A stretch of DNA of 64,000 nt from Candidatus Latescibacterota bacterium (GCA_965203805.1 OZ241917.1:5408001-5472000); one strand, 5' to 3'. Shown: positions 29,868 to 40,194, counted from the first letter of the stretch. The notes: generated by a model from the sequence alone, not told the origin. Numbers and translations are program-made.

Positions 29868-30613
29868 ACTCCCTCCACACAGTAGTTTAAAAAAGCACTG
29901 ACTACCGTTGTAAGATTACATGCACTGTGAAAGATAATACATAAACTCAGCTTCTTTGTTGTCTCATAAATATATGCCGTAAAGATGGCCATTAAAACCA
30001 AAAGGATAAAGTGCGATAATTCAATTCCCAAAAGTCCATGAGAAAATAGATTCGAGTAAGAGGGGACGTGGCCAAATACGAACCAAATTATCGAGATAGA
30101 ATATGCTGGCAGACGTCCTTTATTTAGTAGGGCTGAAAATAGGACGCCTCTGTGGGTGATTTCTTCTTGAAGTGGAACTATGAGATTTAACACAGTGGCG
30201 AATATGGTGCTAATAAGGGCAATATGGAATGAATCTTGGAAATTATCTTGCCAGACCATAATAGAGGAAAAAAGTGCAAGACAAACTCCGATAAAGGCCC
30301 AATATAGACTTTGTGTAAGGGAAGGTAGAGAATTGAATAGTAAGGCTTTTATAGAGATCCCAGCGTATTTTTGGATAATTAGATAGACAGCAGCAAGGCG
30401 AAATATGTATAGAACAAAGACTTGAATATCCAGATAGAGTTGTCTATCGAACATATGGGTTGGGTGTCCATATTGTTCAGTAAGTAAGGAGATGATTAAT
30501 TTTAACGGAGGTTCGGTAATAACGTATAATAGTTGAAATAGACTGAATAGAATGGTTGTTAAGATAATACCTTGCTGAAAACCTATATGAAATTTGGCTT
30601 TATCCATATCCAT
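29864..30613 (-). CDS. CPBP (CAAX/Abi) family intramembrane metalloprotease
   Basis: PLQEEITHRG, FVFGH, IIFHSACN motifs. Confidence 0.88.
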   Translation of the reverse strand: MDMDKAKFHIGFQQGIILTTILFSLFQLLYVITEPPLKLIISLLTEQYGHPTHMFDRQLYLDIQVFVLYIFRLAAVYLIIQKYAGISIKALLFNSLPSLTQSLYWAFIGVCLALFSSIMVWQDNFQDSFHIALISTIFATVLNLIVPLQEEITHRGVLFSALLNKGRLPAYSISIIWFVFGHVPSYSNLFSHGLLGIELSHFILLVLMAIFTAYIYETTKKLSLCIIFHSACNLTTVVSAFLNYCVEGV

Positions 30614-30745
30614 TGTAATGAGCCTTCGTGGGCTTATTGATATGGCTGACAGTTCACTTAATCTAATCCACCATTACCATTACGCCGTACAGGTTCCGCG
30701 ATTCGAAGATGCAGCCTGAATGTGGTACCTGTGTACGGTTCTGTT

Positions 30746-31193
30746 TCAGGCGTTCCAGAACTGCGCATTTTCTGGCTGTGACTCAATCGCTTTGTCTATA
30801 TATGCCAACGACTCTGTGTGCCTACCCAAAGCGCTAAGGGGACCGTCCGCGCGCGACGATTGCCTCAGTGTAATTGGGTTTAATCGCGATCGCCTCATCA
30901 AAGCTCTTGATAGCCGATTCGTATTGTCTCAATTCTTCTTGAACTAAGCCAGGATCTTCCCACGCCTGGTGCACGTCCACGGGCTTGAGCCGGATTACTT
31001 CCCCTAAATGCGCAGATGCTTCGCGATAACGCTGGCTTTTTGCAAGTTTGGTCGCTTGATCCCAAATCCGATAAGGGTCATCACCCCATTGGGGCGAATT
31101 ACCATCCATCGCACCATTGGCAAGCTGCTGGAACGAGAAAATCGATATGCACGAAACCAGGCTCATTACTACATTCCGACGCATAGAGCACAT
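30746..31193 (-). pseudogene. Frameshifted TPR protein gene
   Basis: TPR ORF breaks near 30845; another frame continues LSALGRHTESLAYIDKAIESQPENAQFWNA-stop. Confidence 0.65.
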
Positions 31194-31444
31194 AAAAACA
31201 GGCCTTTCGCAAGTTCAACCAGGTAAAGACTCACAAAACTTAGCCCTGTTTCCAACATAAACAAGCGGTCATTTGCTTCCTGGTCCAATAGCCCGGCTGC
31301 CAACCACCGATATCGCTGATTGGAATTGTCGATACGATCTGATTGCCCGTAGTCCGGCGGCGGGGACACAAGACCGACGCGATCAACTTGCCAGTTCGTC
31401 CCAAATTATAGTTAGCGGATGGTGGCAAAAGCCATTGATATCCG

Positions 31445-31493
31445 CATCGGGGTTTCCTATTCGGCCGCCGTCCACGCGAAGACCCGGACGCCC
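31445..31493 (+). repeat. 49-bp exact direct copy of 22740-22788
   Basis: CATCGGGGTTTCCTATTCGGCCGCCGTCCACGCGAAGACCCGGACGCCC at both sites. Confidence 0.95.
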
Positions 31494-31584
31494 TGTCACG
31501 GATCGCCCTAATGAGGCCACCCATGATCGGCATAATGGAGCCACCTGGAAGTGTCGATTTCAGGGTTTCGGAAGGGGCATATAA

Positions 31585-32364
31585 TTAGTGTTCTTGGGCC
31601 TCCTTTCCAAGGTGTTTTTTTGGTGATTGTGGTAAGGGTTTAGGTGCACGGAAGCTTTCGCCGTCGAGGATGACGCGATAGGCGCCGTGTCTGAGACGGT
31701 CGAGGGTGGCGGCACCGAGGAGTCGATTGGTGAAGGCGTCGCCCCATTCGGAGAAGTCGAGGTTAGAGGTGACGATGGTGGCGGCGCGTTCATAGCGTTC
31801 AGAGATGAGGTCGTGGAAGTCCTCGTCGTATGGCGGCGTTAAGGGTTTGAGGCCGAAGTCATCGATGATGAGCAGCGGGGTATTGACAACATTGTGGAAG
31901 CGCCGCTGGAAGGTATCTGTGGCGCGGGCTGCGTGGAGTTGTCCCAACAGCTTGGTTTGTGTGGTGAACAGGGTGTCGTAGCCGGCTCTGACGGCGAGGT
32001 GTCCCAGGGCTTGTGCGATGTGGCTTTTGCCCGTGCCGCAAGGTCCTGCAATCAGTACCGCGACCTTTTCCTTGATGAAGGCACAGGTGGCCAGGTCCTT
32101 GATGAAGGCCTGATTGATGGCGGGGTTGAAGGCGAAGTCGAAGCCCTCGAGGGTTTTCTCGCCGCGGAAGCCCGCGCGTCGCAGGCGCAGGTTGAACTTT
32201 TTGTGTTCTCTGCGTGCGACCTCGTCCTGGACAAGCAGGGCGAGGAACTCGCTGTAAGCGAGTTTGTTGTCGATGGCTTCCTGGTTTCTGGCAGGCAGTG
32301 TCTCGAGGATGCCGGACAGGCGCAGTCTTTTGAGCATGGGGGCAAGTTCAGGCATAGGGTTCAT
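31585..32364 (-). CDS. istB: IS21 helper ATPase
   Basis: GPCGTGKSH, LIIDDFG, TSN, AATLDRLRH. Confidence 0.95.
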   Translation of the reverse strand: MNPMPELAPMLKRLRLSGILETLPARNQEAIDNKLAYSEFLALLVQDEVARREHKKFNLRLRRAGFRGEKTLEGFDFAFNPAINQAFIKDLATCAFIKEKVAVLIAGPCGTGKSHIAQALGHLAVRAGYDTLFTTQTKLLGQLHAARATDTFQRRFHNVVNTPLLIIDDFGLKPLTPPYDEDFHDLISERYERAATIVTSNLDFSEWGDAFTNRLLGAATLDRLRHGAYRVILDGESFRAPKPLPQSPKKHLGKEAQEH

Positions 32365-32383
32365 TTTGTTGTTCTCCCGTTTT

Positions 32384-33931
32384 TTAGCTGAAGAGGGTTG
32401 TGGCATCGCGGCTGAAACGTCCCCCTCCCGTATAGGCTGACGCGAGGGTGTGCGGGTCTGTGGACGTCTCGTCTGGATGCTTATGTTGGTCCAGACCTTT
32501 TTCGAGGATGCTCTTCACACTCCGGTAGCGGGGGTTGTCATAGGCCAGGGCGCGGTCGCAGGCGGCCTCAAGGCGCCTTGCGCCGTAGCGTTCGGAAAGT
32601 CGGATGATGCCCTGCGCCGCGCGGAGGTTGTCCAGCACGCGATCGGAGAAGAGGGTCTTGATGAGGCGGTGGCAGGAAGGACCGATACGCTGTGCCTGTT
32701 TGAGGCACCATTGTGGATCGCGCATCAGGAAAGCGCGCGCCTCTGGCGGCAGATGTTCGGTAACGGTCGCGCGTGCACCAGGTGTGTTTTTACGGGGATG
32801 AACGGCCACCATGTTGTGGTTCTGGTAGATCCTCACGGTTTTTGGGCTGGCCCGCAACCAGAGCTGTTGGCGCACCAGGGCATAGGGCACGGAGTATCGA
32901 CACTTCTCGAACTGGACGTGGCAGTCGCCGTGAACCTTCACCTTGGCCCAGGCCGCCTGCTCAGGTGGAATGGCGGGTAACGGCTTGAGGAACTCGCGCT
33001 CGGTCTGTGCAAAGCGTGTCAGGGGTCGTTCGTGGGTGGTGCCGTGAATGCGGTTACCGGCCACCCCCAGGATCCAGTCCTGCAACTGCCGGTTGGCATC
33101 TCTGATGTCACGGAACTGGCGCAGGGGCACAAAGCTGCGCCTGACATACTTCACGGCCGCCTCCACGCGCCCCTTCTTCTTCGGGTCTCGCACGGGGCAC
33201 GGGGAGATGGTGAAGCCATAGCCTTCGGCGCACTCGCCGTAGGCGCGCTGCACCTCCGGATCGTGGTAGCAGGCCCTGGTGATGGCGTTTTTGGGGTTGT
33301 CGATCACCACGCGTGCCGGGACTCCGCCGAAGAACTCGAAGGCGCTTCTGTGGCAGGAAAGCCACGTCTCGACCTTCTGGTCCGGCACGATCTCGGCATA
33401 CTGGTGGCGAGACCAGGCCAGTACCATCACGAAGATCCACGTCGCGATGGTCTGGTGGGTGAAGACGTCCTCTATCGTGGGACCCCGCCCGAAGTCCACC
33501 TGCGCCACGTCGCCCGGATCGAAGTCCAACACGGTGGTGACGTCGGGATGAGCGTCTTTGAGCTGCTGGAGAAAACGACGGATGGAAGAATACGAGCCGG
33601 CATAGCCGTAGGTGTCCACCAACGCCTGGTGGATGACGGTACCCCGGATACCCTCACGCCACCAGGCTGTCACCTTGTCCTGGTAGGGCAAAACCGACGA
33701 GGCCGACTGAGGCCGCGAGGTTGGAACCTGAACCACCTGCACCAGCGTGGCATCATCGGGCAACACGTTGGAAGCGTCCAGCCATCCCTCACGGCCTGCC
33801 ACGTCACGAAGCGCGCCGGCCTTCCGCCGACCCATCAACCCGGAACGGGCGATCGCACGATCCGACTCGCCCAACCGCATACGCGTCAATACCTGGCGAT
33901 ACTGATACATCTCGAACCTCCGGTTGGCCAT
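32384..33931 (-). CDS. istA: IS21 transposase
   Basis: PGDVAQVDFG, FFGGVP..DN.K, KGRVE, YSVP. Confidence 0.95.
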   Translation of the reverse strand: MANRRFEMYQYRQVLTRMRLGESDRAIARSGLMGRRKAGALRDVAGREGWLDASNVLPDDATLVQVVQVPTSRPQSASSVLPYQDKVTAWWREGIRGTVIHQALVDTYGYAGSYSSIRRFLQQLKDAHPDVTTVLDFDPGDVAQVDFGRGPTIEDVFTHQTIATWIFVMVLAWSRHQYAEIVPDQKVETWLSCHRSAFEFFGGVPARVVIDNPKNAITRACYHDPEVQRAYGECAEGYGFTISPCPVRDPKKKGRVEAAVKYVRRSFVPLRQFRDIRDANRQLQDWILGVAGNRIHGTTHERPLTRFAQTEREFLKPLPAIPPEQAAWAKVKVHGDCHVQFEKCRYSVPYALVRQQLWLRASPKTVRIYQNHNMVAVHPRKNTPGARATVTEHLPPEARAFLMRDPQWCLKQAQRIGPSCHRLIKTLFSDRVLDNLRAAQGIIRLSERYGARRLEAACDRALAYDNPRYRSVKSILEKGLDQHKHPDETSTDPHTLASAYTGGGRFSRDATTLFS

Positions 33932-34300
33932 GTCCTTCCCTCCTGACTGTCGGGGAGACAGAAAGAAGGTAGAACCGTTGCCGGATAGTCCGAAACCTTA
34001 GTCGCATCCCAGGTGGCCTGATTATGCCGATCCTGCTGTGGCCGCAAATGGGCGATCATTGACAGGAATCGGGCTGGCCAGTTGACATTGGGGTTTCAGG
34101 GTGGACGGAGTGACGACGCGCGGTCTATGGAGAATCGATTCTCTGCGGTTACTCGTTTTCTCGCGCTTCTCGGCTTTTATCCTGTTCATCCTGTCCATCC
34201 ATGTAAGTTCATGTTTACGAATAATTCAGACTAGAGGTTAACGACCCGAAATCCCGTCATTCGCCCAGGGGTTCCTGTCCGGGTACGTCGCATTCAGGGC

Positions 34301-34329
34301 TTGACTTTGTATGGGGCCGGGCCCATTAT
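34301..34329 (+). promoter_or_regulatory. Putative sigma70 promoter of solA-like operon
   Basis: TTGACT-N17-CATTAT, 7 nt before ATG. Confidence 0.45.
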
Positions 34330-34336
34330 CTTCCTT

Positions 34337-35494
34337 ATGGGAAACGCCGGGTCGAAGGTTGACGTCGTCGTGGCCGGGCTGGGCGCGATGGGCAGCGCGG
34401 CGGTCTATCATCTGGCAAAGCGCGGACTGCGGGTGGCGGGTTTCGACCGCTACCATCCGCCGCACACGCACGGCTCGTCGCACGGACACGCGCGGGTGAT
34501 CCGGGAGGCCTACGCCAGCGGGCCCGCATACGTGGATCTGATCCGGCGCGCGTACGCGCTGTGGGAAAGCCTGGCGGACGAAAGCGGCGCGGAACTCGTC
34601 CGGACGTACGGCCACCTGTCCATGAGACCGCCGGGCGGGGCCGAACGCCTGGGTGTCCTGGAAAGCGCCCGAGCATTCAATATTCCGGTCGAGCGGGTCC
34701 CGGCGGAGGACGTGCGGAAGCGGTTTCCCATGTTCCGCGTCGACGATGGATGGGAGGGGATCTTCGAGCCCAGGGCGGGGGCCGTTTTTCCCGAGGCCTG
34801 CATCAACGCGCACCTGAGGCTGGCGGAGTCGGCAGGGGCGGCGTTGAACTTCGATTGCCCGGTTCTGGACTGGACGCCCGATGGAAGCGCGGTGCGGGTG
34901 AAATCGACGTCGGGCGAAATATCGGCGGGCCGGCTGGTCGTCTGCGCGGGCGCCTGGGTCTCCCGGCTCGTGGCGGACCTGGCGCTTCCGGTTGAAGTCG
35001 AGCGGATGACGCTGTTTTTCTTTCGGCCGCTGCGGAACCCTGAAATGTTCGTGTCCGGGTGCTGTCCCAACAACACCTGGGTGTGTGAGGACGGGGTTTC
35101 GTTTTACTGCCAGCCTGATTTCGGACGGGGTTTCAAGGCGGCATTGCACTGTGGACGCGCGGGCGTAGACCCCGATACGCTGGATCGGACGACCACCCCC
35201 GAGGATGAGGTGGAGATTCGGCCGTTGGTTGAACGGTTCATTCCCGATGCGGCCGGGCCCGTTGTCGAGAGCCACGTCTGCATGTACACGAATCTGCCGG
35301 ATTCCGGGTGGCTTGTGGACCACCATCCCGCGCATGAGCAGGTGATCATCGCCTCGCCCTGCTCGGGGCACGGGTTCAAGTTCTCATCCGCGATCGGGGA
35401 GATTCTGGCGAAGTTGTGCACCGGCGAAGCCGATGCGGCGGAGCGGGAGATGTTCGGCATTTCACGGCTTCTGGCCCGAGGATCACGGACATGA
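34337..35494 (+). CDS. solA: Monomeric sarcosine / N-methyltryptophan oxidase family FAD oxidase
   Basis: GLGAMGS, PHTHGSSHG..R.IR.AY, CMYT (covalent FAD Cys), CSGHGFKF. Confidence 0.85.
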   Translation: MGNAGSKVDVVVAGLGAMGSAAVYHLAKRGLRVAGFDRYHPPHTHGSSHGHARVIREAYASGPAYVDLIRRAYALWESLADESGAELVRTYGHLSMRPPGGAERLGVLESARAFNIPVERVPAEDVRKRFPMFRVDDGWEGIFEPRAGAVFPEACINAHLRLAESAGAALNFDCPVLDWTPDGSAVRVKSTSGEISAGRLVVCAGAWVSRLVADLALPVEVERMTLFFFRPLRNPEMFVSGCCPNNTWVCEDGVSFYCQPDFGRGFKAALHCGRAGVDPDTLDRTTTPEDEVEIRPLVERFIPDAAGPVVESHVCMYTNLPDSGWLVDHHPAHEQVIIASPCSGHGFKFSSAIGEILAKLCTGEADAAEREMFGISRLLARGSRT

Positions 35495-36462
35495 CAATTC
35501 AGGATCACGTCTCCTGGGCTGATTTCAACGATGAAACGTTGCGGTTTTCGCGTGCAATCGGCGCGGACATGATCTGCCTCGACATTCGAGCGATGCACAG
35601 GCTGGATCCCACGATGGATCTGCGCGACGGCCGGGACAGCCGCCCGTTCTTCGAAGCGGCGAAGGAGAAGGTGGAAGCCCACGGGATGGCGTTGTACAGC
35701 ATCTTTATGGCGGGGTGGGACGAACTGGCATTCGGCCTGCCCGATCGCGACGACAAGCTTGAAGCGTGGTGTCGGATGCTGCGATGCATGGGTGAGGCGG
35801 GCATACCGGCGCTGGGGTACAACTTCAAACCGATGGGCAACTTCCGCACGCCCTCCGTGCCGCCGGGCCGGGGCGGGTCCGTATACAGCACGTTCGATTA
35901 CGAGACGTTCTCACGAAACAGGCCCCAACCCCACGATCCTGCGGTTGACGAGGCGGAGATCTGGGCGAACATGAAGGTCTTTCTGGAGGGCGCGGTGCCG
36001 GCGGCGGAAAAGGCGGGGGTGAAGATGGCGCTCCACCCGGACGACCCGCCCATCCCGGAACCGCTCGGCGGCGTCGCCCAGATCGTGTCCACACTGGACC
36101 ACTATCGGCGGATCTTCGCGGCCGCGCCGGGCGACAGCAACGGGATGCTGTTCTGCCAGGGCTGCGTGACCGAAATGGGCGTCGACGTGTATGAAACCAT
36201 CCGCGAGATGGGACGTCGCAACAAGATCGTATTCGTGCATTTCAGGAACGTGCGCGGCGCCCTGCCCAGTTTCCAGGAGGTGTTTCTGGACGAGGGCGAC
36301 GTGAACATGCGCCGGGCGATGGAGGTCTACAAGGAGGTCGGGTTCAACGGTCCATTCATGATGGATCACACGCCGGGCATCCCCGGAGACGTTGAATCCA
36401 GGGCCGGGCACGCGTATGCCGTGGGATATATCCGAGCATTGATACAGACGGTTTATGGCTGA
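35491..36462 (+). CDS. Mannonate dehydratase (UxuA)-like protein, paralog 1
   Basis: GYNF, MALHPDDPP, FCQG, FVHFRNVRG, DEGD, MDH.P. Confidence 0.8.
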   Translation: MTIQDHVSWADFNDETLRFSRAIGADMICLDIRAMHRLDPTMDLRDGRDSRPFFEAAKEKVEAHGMALYSIFMAGWDELAFGLPDRDDKLEAWCRMLRCMGEAGIPALGYNFKPMGNFRTPSVPPGRGGSVYSTFDYETFSRNRPQPHDPAVDEAEIWANMKVFLEGAVPAAEKAGVKMALHPDDPPIPEPLGGVAQIVSTLDHYRRIFAAAPGDSNGMLFCQGCVTEMGVDVYETIREMGRRNKIVFVHFRNVRGALPSFQEVFLDEGDVNMRRAMEVYKEVGFNGPFMMDHTPGIPGDVESRAGHAYAVGYIRALIQTVYG

Positions 36463-36497
36463 CAATTTTCAGCTTTGTAAACGGGAGGATAGTCGCA

Positions 36498-37451
36498 ATG
36501 TATATACAGGAACAGCTTCCCTGGGACCAGATCAACGACGATACGCTGAGTTTTTTCAAGGCGATCGGCGTGGATTATCTGACGGTGAACGCCATTCCGC
36601 CGGACGTCCGCCAGGGTACGGACCGTACGGAACTCTGGAGGGACCTCAAGACGCTGGCCGAATCCCACGGGTTGAAGCTCACGAACCTGGCGGCAACCGG
36701 TTGGGACGAAATATCCCTCGCGCTCGATGACCGTGACGAGAAGATCGACGCATGGTGCCAACTTTTGAGAAGTATGGGCGAGGTCGGCATTCCCACGCTG
36801 GGGTACAATTTCAAACCCGCGGGGAACTTTCGGACCGAGTCCGTGCCTCCCGGCAGAGGCGGCGCCAGGTACAGCACGTTCGATTACGAAAAATTCATGG
36901 TGGATCCGCCGTACTATCCCGATAAGGCGATTTCCGAGGAGAAGATCCTGGAGAATATCCGATATTTCCTGGAACGCGTCATCCCGGTGGCGGAAGAGAA
37001 CAACGTTCGCATGGCGCTGCACCCCGACGATCCGCCCATTCCGGAACCCATGGCCGGCGCTGCCAGGATCGTGTCCACCCTCGACCAGTACCATCACATC
37101 TTCGATATGGTCCCCAGCCACAGCAACGCCATGTTGTTCTGCCAGGGCTGCGTCGCGGAGATGGACGAGGATGTATGCGACGCGATCCGGAATATCGGCG
37201 GCCGGGACAAAATCGTCTACGTGCATTTCAGGAATATCCGGGGCGGATCCAGGAGCTTTCAGGAGGTCTTCGTGGACGAAGGAGACCAGGACATGTACGA
37301 GGCGATGCGGACCTACAAGGAAGTGGGTTTCGAAGGACCGTTCATGATGGACCATACGCCCGGTTTTCCCAACACGGATTCCACGTTCTGGGGAGGGCGC
37401 GCGTTTGTGGTGGGGTATATGCGGGCGTTGATCCAGGCGGTTTATCGTTGA
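36498..37451 (+). CDS. Mannonate dehydratase (UxuA)-like protein, paralog 2
   Basis: Same motifs; clearly paralogous to preceding gene. Confidence 0.8.
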   Translation: MYIQEQLPWDQINDDTLSFFKAIGVDYLTVNAIPPDVRQGTDRTELWRDLKTLAESHGLKLTNLAATGWDEISLALDDRDEKIDAWCQLLRSMGEVGIPTLGYNFKPAGNFRTESVPPGRGGARYSTFDYEKFMVDPPYYPDKAISEEKILENIRYFLERVIPVAEENNVRMALHPDDPPIPEPMAGAARIVSTLDQYHHIFDMVPSHSNAMLFCQGCVAEMDEDVCDAIRNIGGRDKIVYVHFRNIRGGSRSFQEVFVDEGDQDMYEAMRTYKEVGFEGPFMMDHTPGFPNTDSTFWGGRAFVVGYMRALIQAVYR

Positions 37452-37715
37452 CCATGATTCGTAGGGTTTCGGGGACGTTAATTCGAATATATGCAAGTTG
37501 ATAAAGGCGATTAAACTGCGGATTACCAGGATACACCAGGTCGCTGGACGTGAACAAAAACACCATCCTTATGAACGACCTCGATACCCCGTTTGGCACG
37601 GGTCCCTTCTGTGTCTTTTGTGCCTTTTGTGGCTATTTTGACTGTTGTTTGTTTTCGAATCGGAATTGAAGTCGCGATCGGTGTCCGGACCCTGACGTGA
37701 TGACTGGAGGCGAAT

Positions 37716-38726
37716 ATGACGAACCGCCGGCAAGAGGCAACGACAAATGAGTCCACGGAAAAGAAGACCATTCGCGTGGCGATGATCGGCGCGGGCGGCC
37801 GCGCCACCAGCGCGCACTATCCCTCTCTCAAGGCGTTGAAGGGCGTTGAGATGGTGGCCGTCTCGGAACTGAGCGAGCAACGCATGGCAGGCGCGGCCGA
37901 CCGGTTCGGAATTCAGGGGCGGTATTCGGACTACAGAGAGATGATCGAAAAGGAAAAACCGGATGCGGTCTACGCCATCATGCCGCCCCATCATCTGTAC
38001 GATATCGGGGCAACCGTGATGGAAATGGGCTGCCACCTGTTCATCGAAAAACCCCCTGCGATGACCACGGAACAGACCCGGCAGATGGCGCTGATTGCGC
38101 GGAAGCACAACGTGCTCACGGGCGTGACGTTCCAGAGGCGGTTTGCGCCGGTGATCCGGTACGGAAAGGAGCTCTGCGAGAAGCGCGGGGCCGTTCACAG
38201 CGCCGTGTCCACCTTCTACAAGAACGCCGTGGGCGGGGCGCCGTATTACCGGGGAGCGATCGATATCCTGACGTCCGACGCCATTCACGCGGTGGACACG
38301 CTCCGCTATCTCTGCGGCGGCGAGGTGGAATCCGTGGCCAGCGACGTCCGGCGGGAGGGCGCTACACACACCAATATCTACCTGGCGCTGGTCAGGTTCA
38401 GTTCCGGGGCAACCGGCGTGCTGCTGACCAACTGGATGACGGGGCGCCGCATCTTCTCCGTGGAAATCCATTCACCCGGAATTTCGGTATTCGGGGACCC
38501 GGAAGAGGGCGGAAAGGTTTTCGCGGATAATAAGGACGAGCCCATCGAGATGCTCGATCCGTTCCGTCTCGGCGGCGGCGACGACACCTGGCGCGCGTAC
38601 GGCGCGTACGATACCAACCGTCACTTTATGGAATGCATCCGAGCGGGTAAACAGCCGGAAACGTGTCTGGACGATGCGGTCAAGACCATGGATCTCGTCG
38701 ACAGGATCTACCAGTCGCAGATATAG
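37716..38726 (+). CDS. Gfo/Idh/MocA family oxidoreductase
   Basis: IGAGG Rossmann, FIEKPPA, DAIHAVD. Confidence 0.88.
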   Translation: MTNRRQEATTNESTEKKTIRVAMIGAGGRATSAHYPSLKALKGVEMVAVSELSEQRMAGAADRFGIQGRYSDYREMIEKEKPDAVYAIMPPHHLYDIGATVMEMGCHLFIEKPPAMTTEQTRQMALIARKHNVLTGVTFQRRFAPVIRYGKELCEKRGAVHSAVSTFYKNAVGGAPYYRGAIDILTSDAIHAVDTLRYLCGGEVESVASDVRREGATHTNIYLALVRFSSGATGVLLTNWMTGRRIFSVEIHSPGISVFGDPEEGGKVFADNKDEPIEMLDPFRLGGGDDTWRAYGAYDTNRHFMECIRAGKQPETCLDDAVKTMDLVDRIYQSQI

Positions 38727-38809
38727 TGTACGCTCTACGCGGCGCGTCACTGTTCAGCCGCCGGTTCGTCCGCGAATCGCCTCAGGTGCACAATCTCGTC
38801 AATGCATTT

Positions 38810-39335
38810 CTCACCCTTTCCCTGAGGAGAGGGACCAGGGTGAGAGGTTTCAGGGTGCGAGGGCATCCTGCCCTCGCCGGCTTAACCCGGAGGTTCTTGC
38901 GCCGTCACTTCCGGTATGGCTCTTGATTCAAAGGAATCAACAGGCCCCTGGTGCAGTTATCGATGGGTTATACGAAGTTCGAGGGCAGGATGCCCTCGGT
39001 CCGGATACAGGCAGATCATGCACTGATGTAGGGCATGATGGCCCAGGTTCCATGGATGTCAAATCAGATATGGCGTCGACTCCAACGAACTGGTATCGGA
39101 CGCAATGGAAGCAATAAGGCCTACACGCGAATAGGGGTTGGTGACGCGACGTTCGAGGGCAGGATGCCTTCGGTCGCAGGGCTCTCGTGGCAATTGATTT
39201 GAGTCACGGCCTTTTCGTTTTTTTCGTGTGTTTCGTAGTTTCCGTTGTTCGCTTTCTCGTGCTTTTCGGTTCTCATCCTGCTCCTGGTTTCTAATCCTGT
39301 TAATCCGGCAAATCCTGAAAATCCTGATCGGTTTC
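38810..39335. repeat. Mosaic intergenic repeat region
   Basis: Three CGAGGGCA(GGA/TCC)TGCCYTCG palindromes near 38858, 38980, 39153; GTAG...CTAC pair 39028-39124; nonamer arrays 39211-39327. Confidence 0.75.
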
Positions 39336-39375
39336 TGAATGAGAGAAACCCGTCGCATATCGATGGAGAGACCCA

Positions 39376-40194
39376 ATGAAAACCATCATGTTTACGAAAC
39401 ACCTAGAGGGCCTGGACGTGCCCGGCATCATCGGCGCGTTGAGATCGGTCGGCGTAGAAGGCGCGGACCTGTGCGTGCGCCCGGGCTATCCGGTACATCC
39501 GGAGAACGTGGAAACCGCGCTCCCGGAAGCGGCCAGGCGGTTTGCCGATGAAGGGCTTTCCATTCCCCTGGTCACTACCCCCGGGGACTTCGTCAGGCCG
39601 GATATGGATTACGCGGAGCGCCTGTACGCGGCCTGCGGCGAAGCGGGCGTGAACCACATCAAGCTGGGATACTGGCACTGGTCCGCGGGGATGGACTATT
39701 GGGAGGAACTCGACGCGGTCAGGGGGCATCTCGAAGGCTTTCAGACGCTCTCCGGGAAACACGGGGTACAGACCGTCGTACACAACCATTCCGGACTGTC
39801 GATGGGCCTGAACTCGTGCGCGGCGATGAATGTGGTGAAGGGATTCGATCCGAAGCACATCGGCGTGTTTGCCGACCCCGGCCACCTTTCCGTCTGCGGC
39901 GAGCCGATCGAACTGGCGCTGAACATCGTCCGGTCGCATCTGTCCGTGGTGGCGCTCAAGGACCTGATCCGGCAGCCGCTGCTGCAGAACGGCAGATTGA
40001 GCTGGCGCACGCGGGTGGTGCGGCTGGGCGAGGGGTTCGGAGACTGGCCGGCGTTGTTACGCGCGTTCAGGGCGGTGAACTTCGACGGGCCTCTGAGCTT
40101 CCACAGCGAGTACAGCGGGGAACCGGTGGATACGGTCATCGATCTGGCCAGGTCGGACGTTCGCTTCTTCACAGCGCTGCTGAAAGAAGGATAA
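39376..40194 (+). CDS. Sugar phosphate isomerase/epimerase (TIM barrel)
   Basis: DLCVRPG, HNHSG, ADPGH, ALKD, LGEG, SFHSEY. Confidence 0.8.
   Translation: MKTIMFTKHLEGLDVPGIIGALRSVGVEGADLCVRPGYPVHPENVETALPEAARRFADEGLSIPLVTTPGDFVRPDMDYAERLYAACGEAGVNHIKLGYWHWSAGMDYWEELDAVRGHLEGFQTLSGKHGVQTVVHNHSGLSMGLNSCAAMNVVKGFDPKHIGVFADPGHLSVCGEPIELALNIVRSHLSVVALKDLIRQPLLQNGRLSWRTRVVRLGEGFGDWPALLRAFRAVNFDGPLSFHSEYSGEPVDTVIDLARSDVRFFTALLKEG

Larger units (their letters stand above)
31494..34064 (-). mobile_element. Complete IS21-family insertion sequence
   Basis: TGTCA..TGACA ends with subterminal GATCG..GCCAC repeats; istA/istB; no target duplication seen. Confidence 0.95.

Noticed and set aside
30685-30738. 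Imperfect hairpin between the TPR pseudogene and CPBP gene
   Set aside because: Single copy with no diagnostic motif, so no function can be supported
31295-31418. attC-like site (GCCAAC...AATTATAGTTAGC)
   Set aside because: Arms pair poorly, no second site was found and there is no integron integrase
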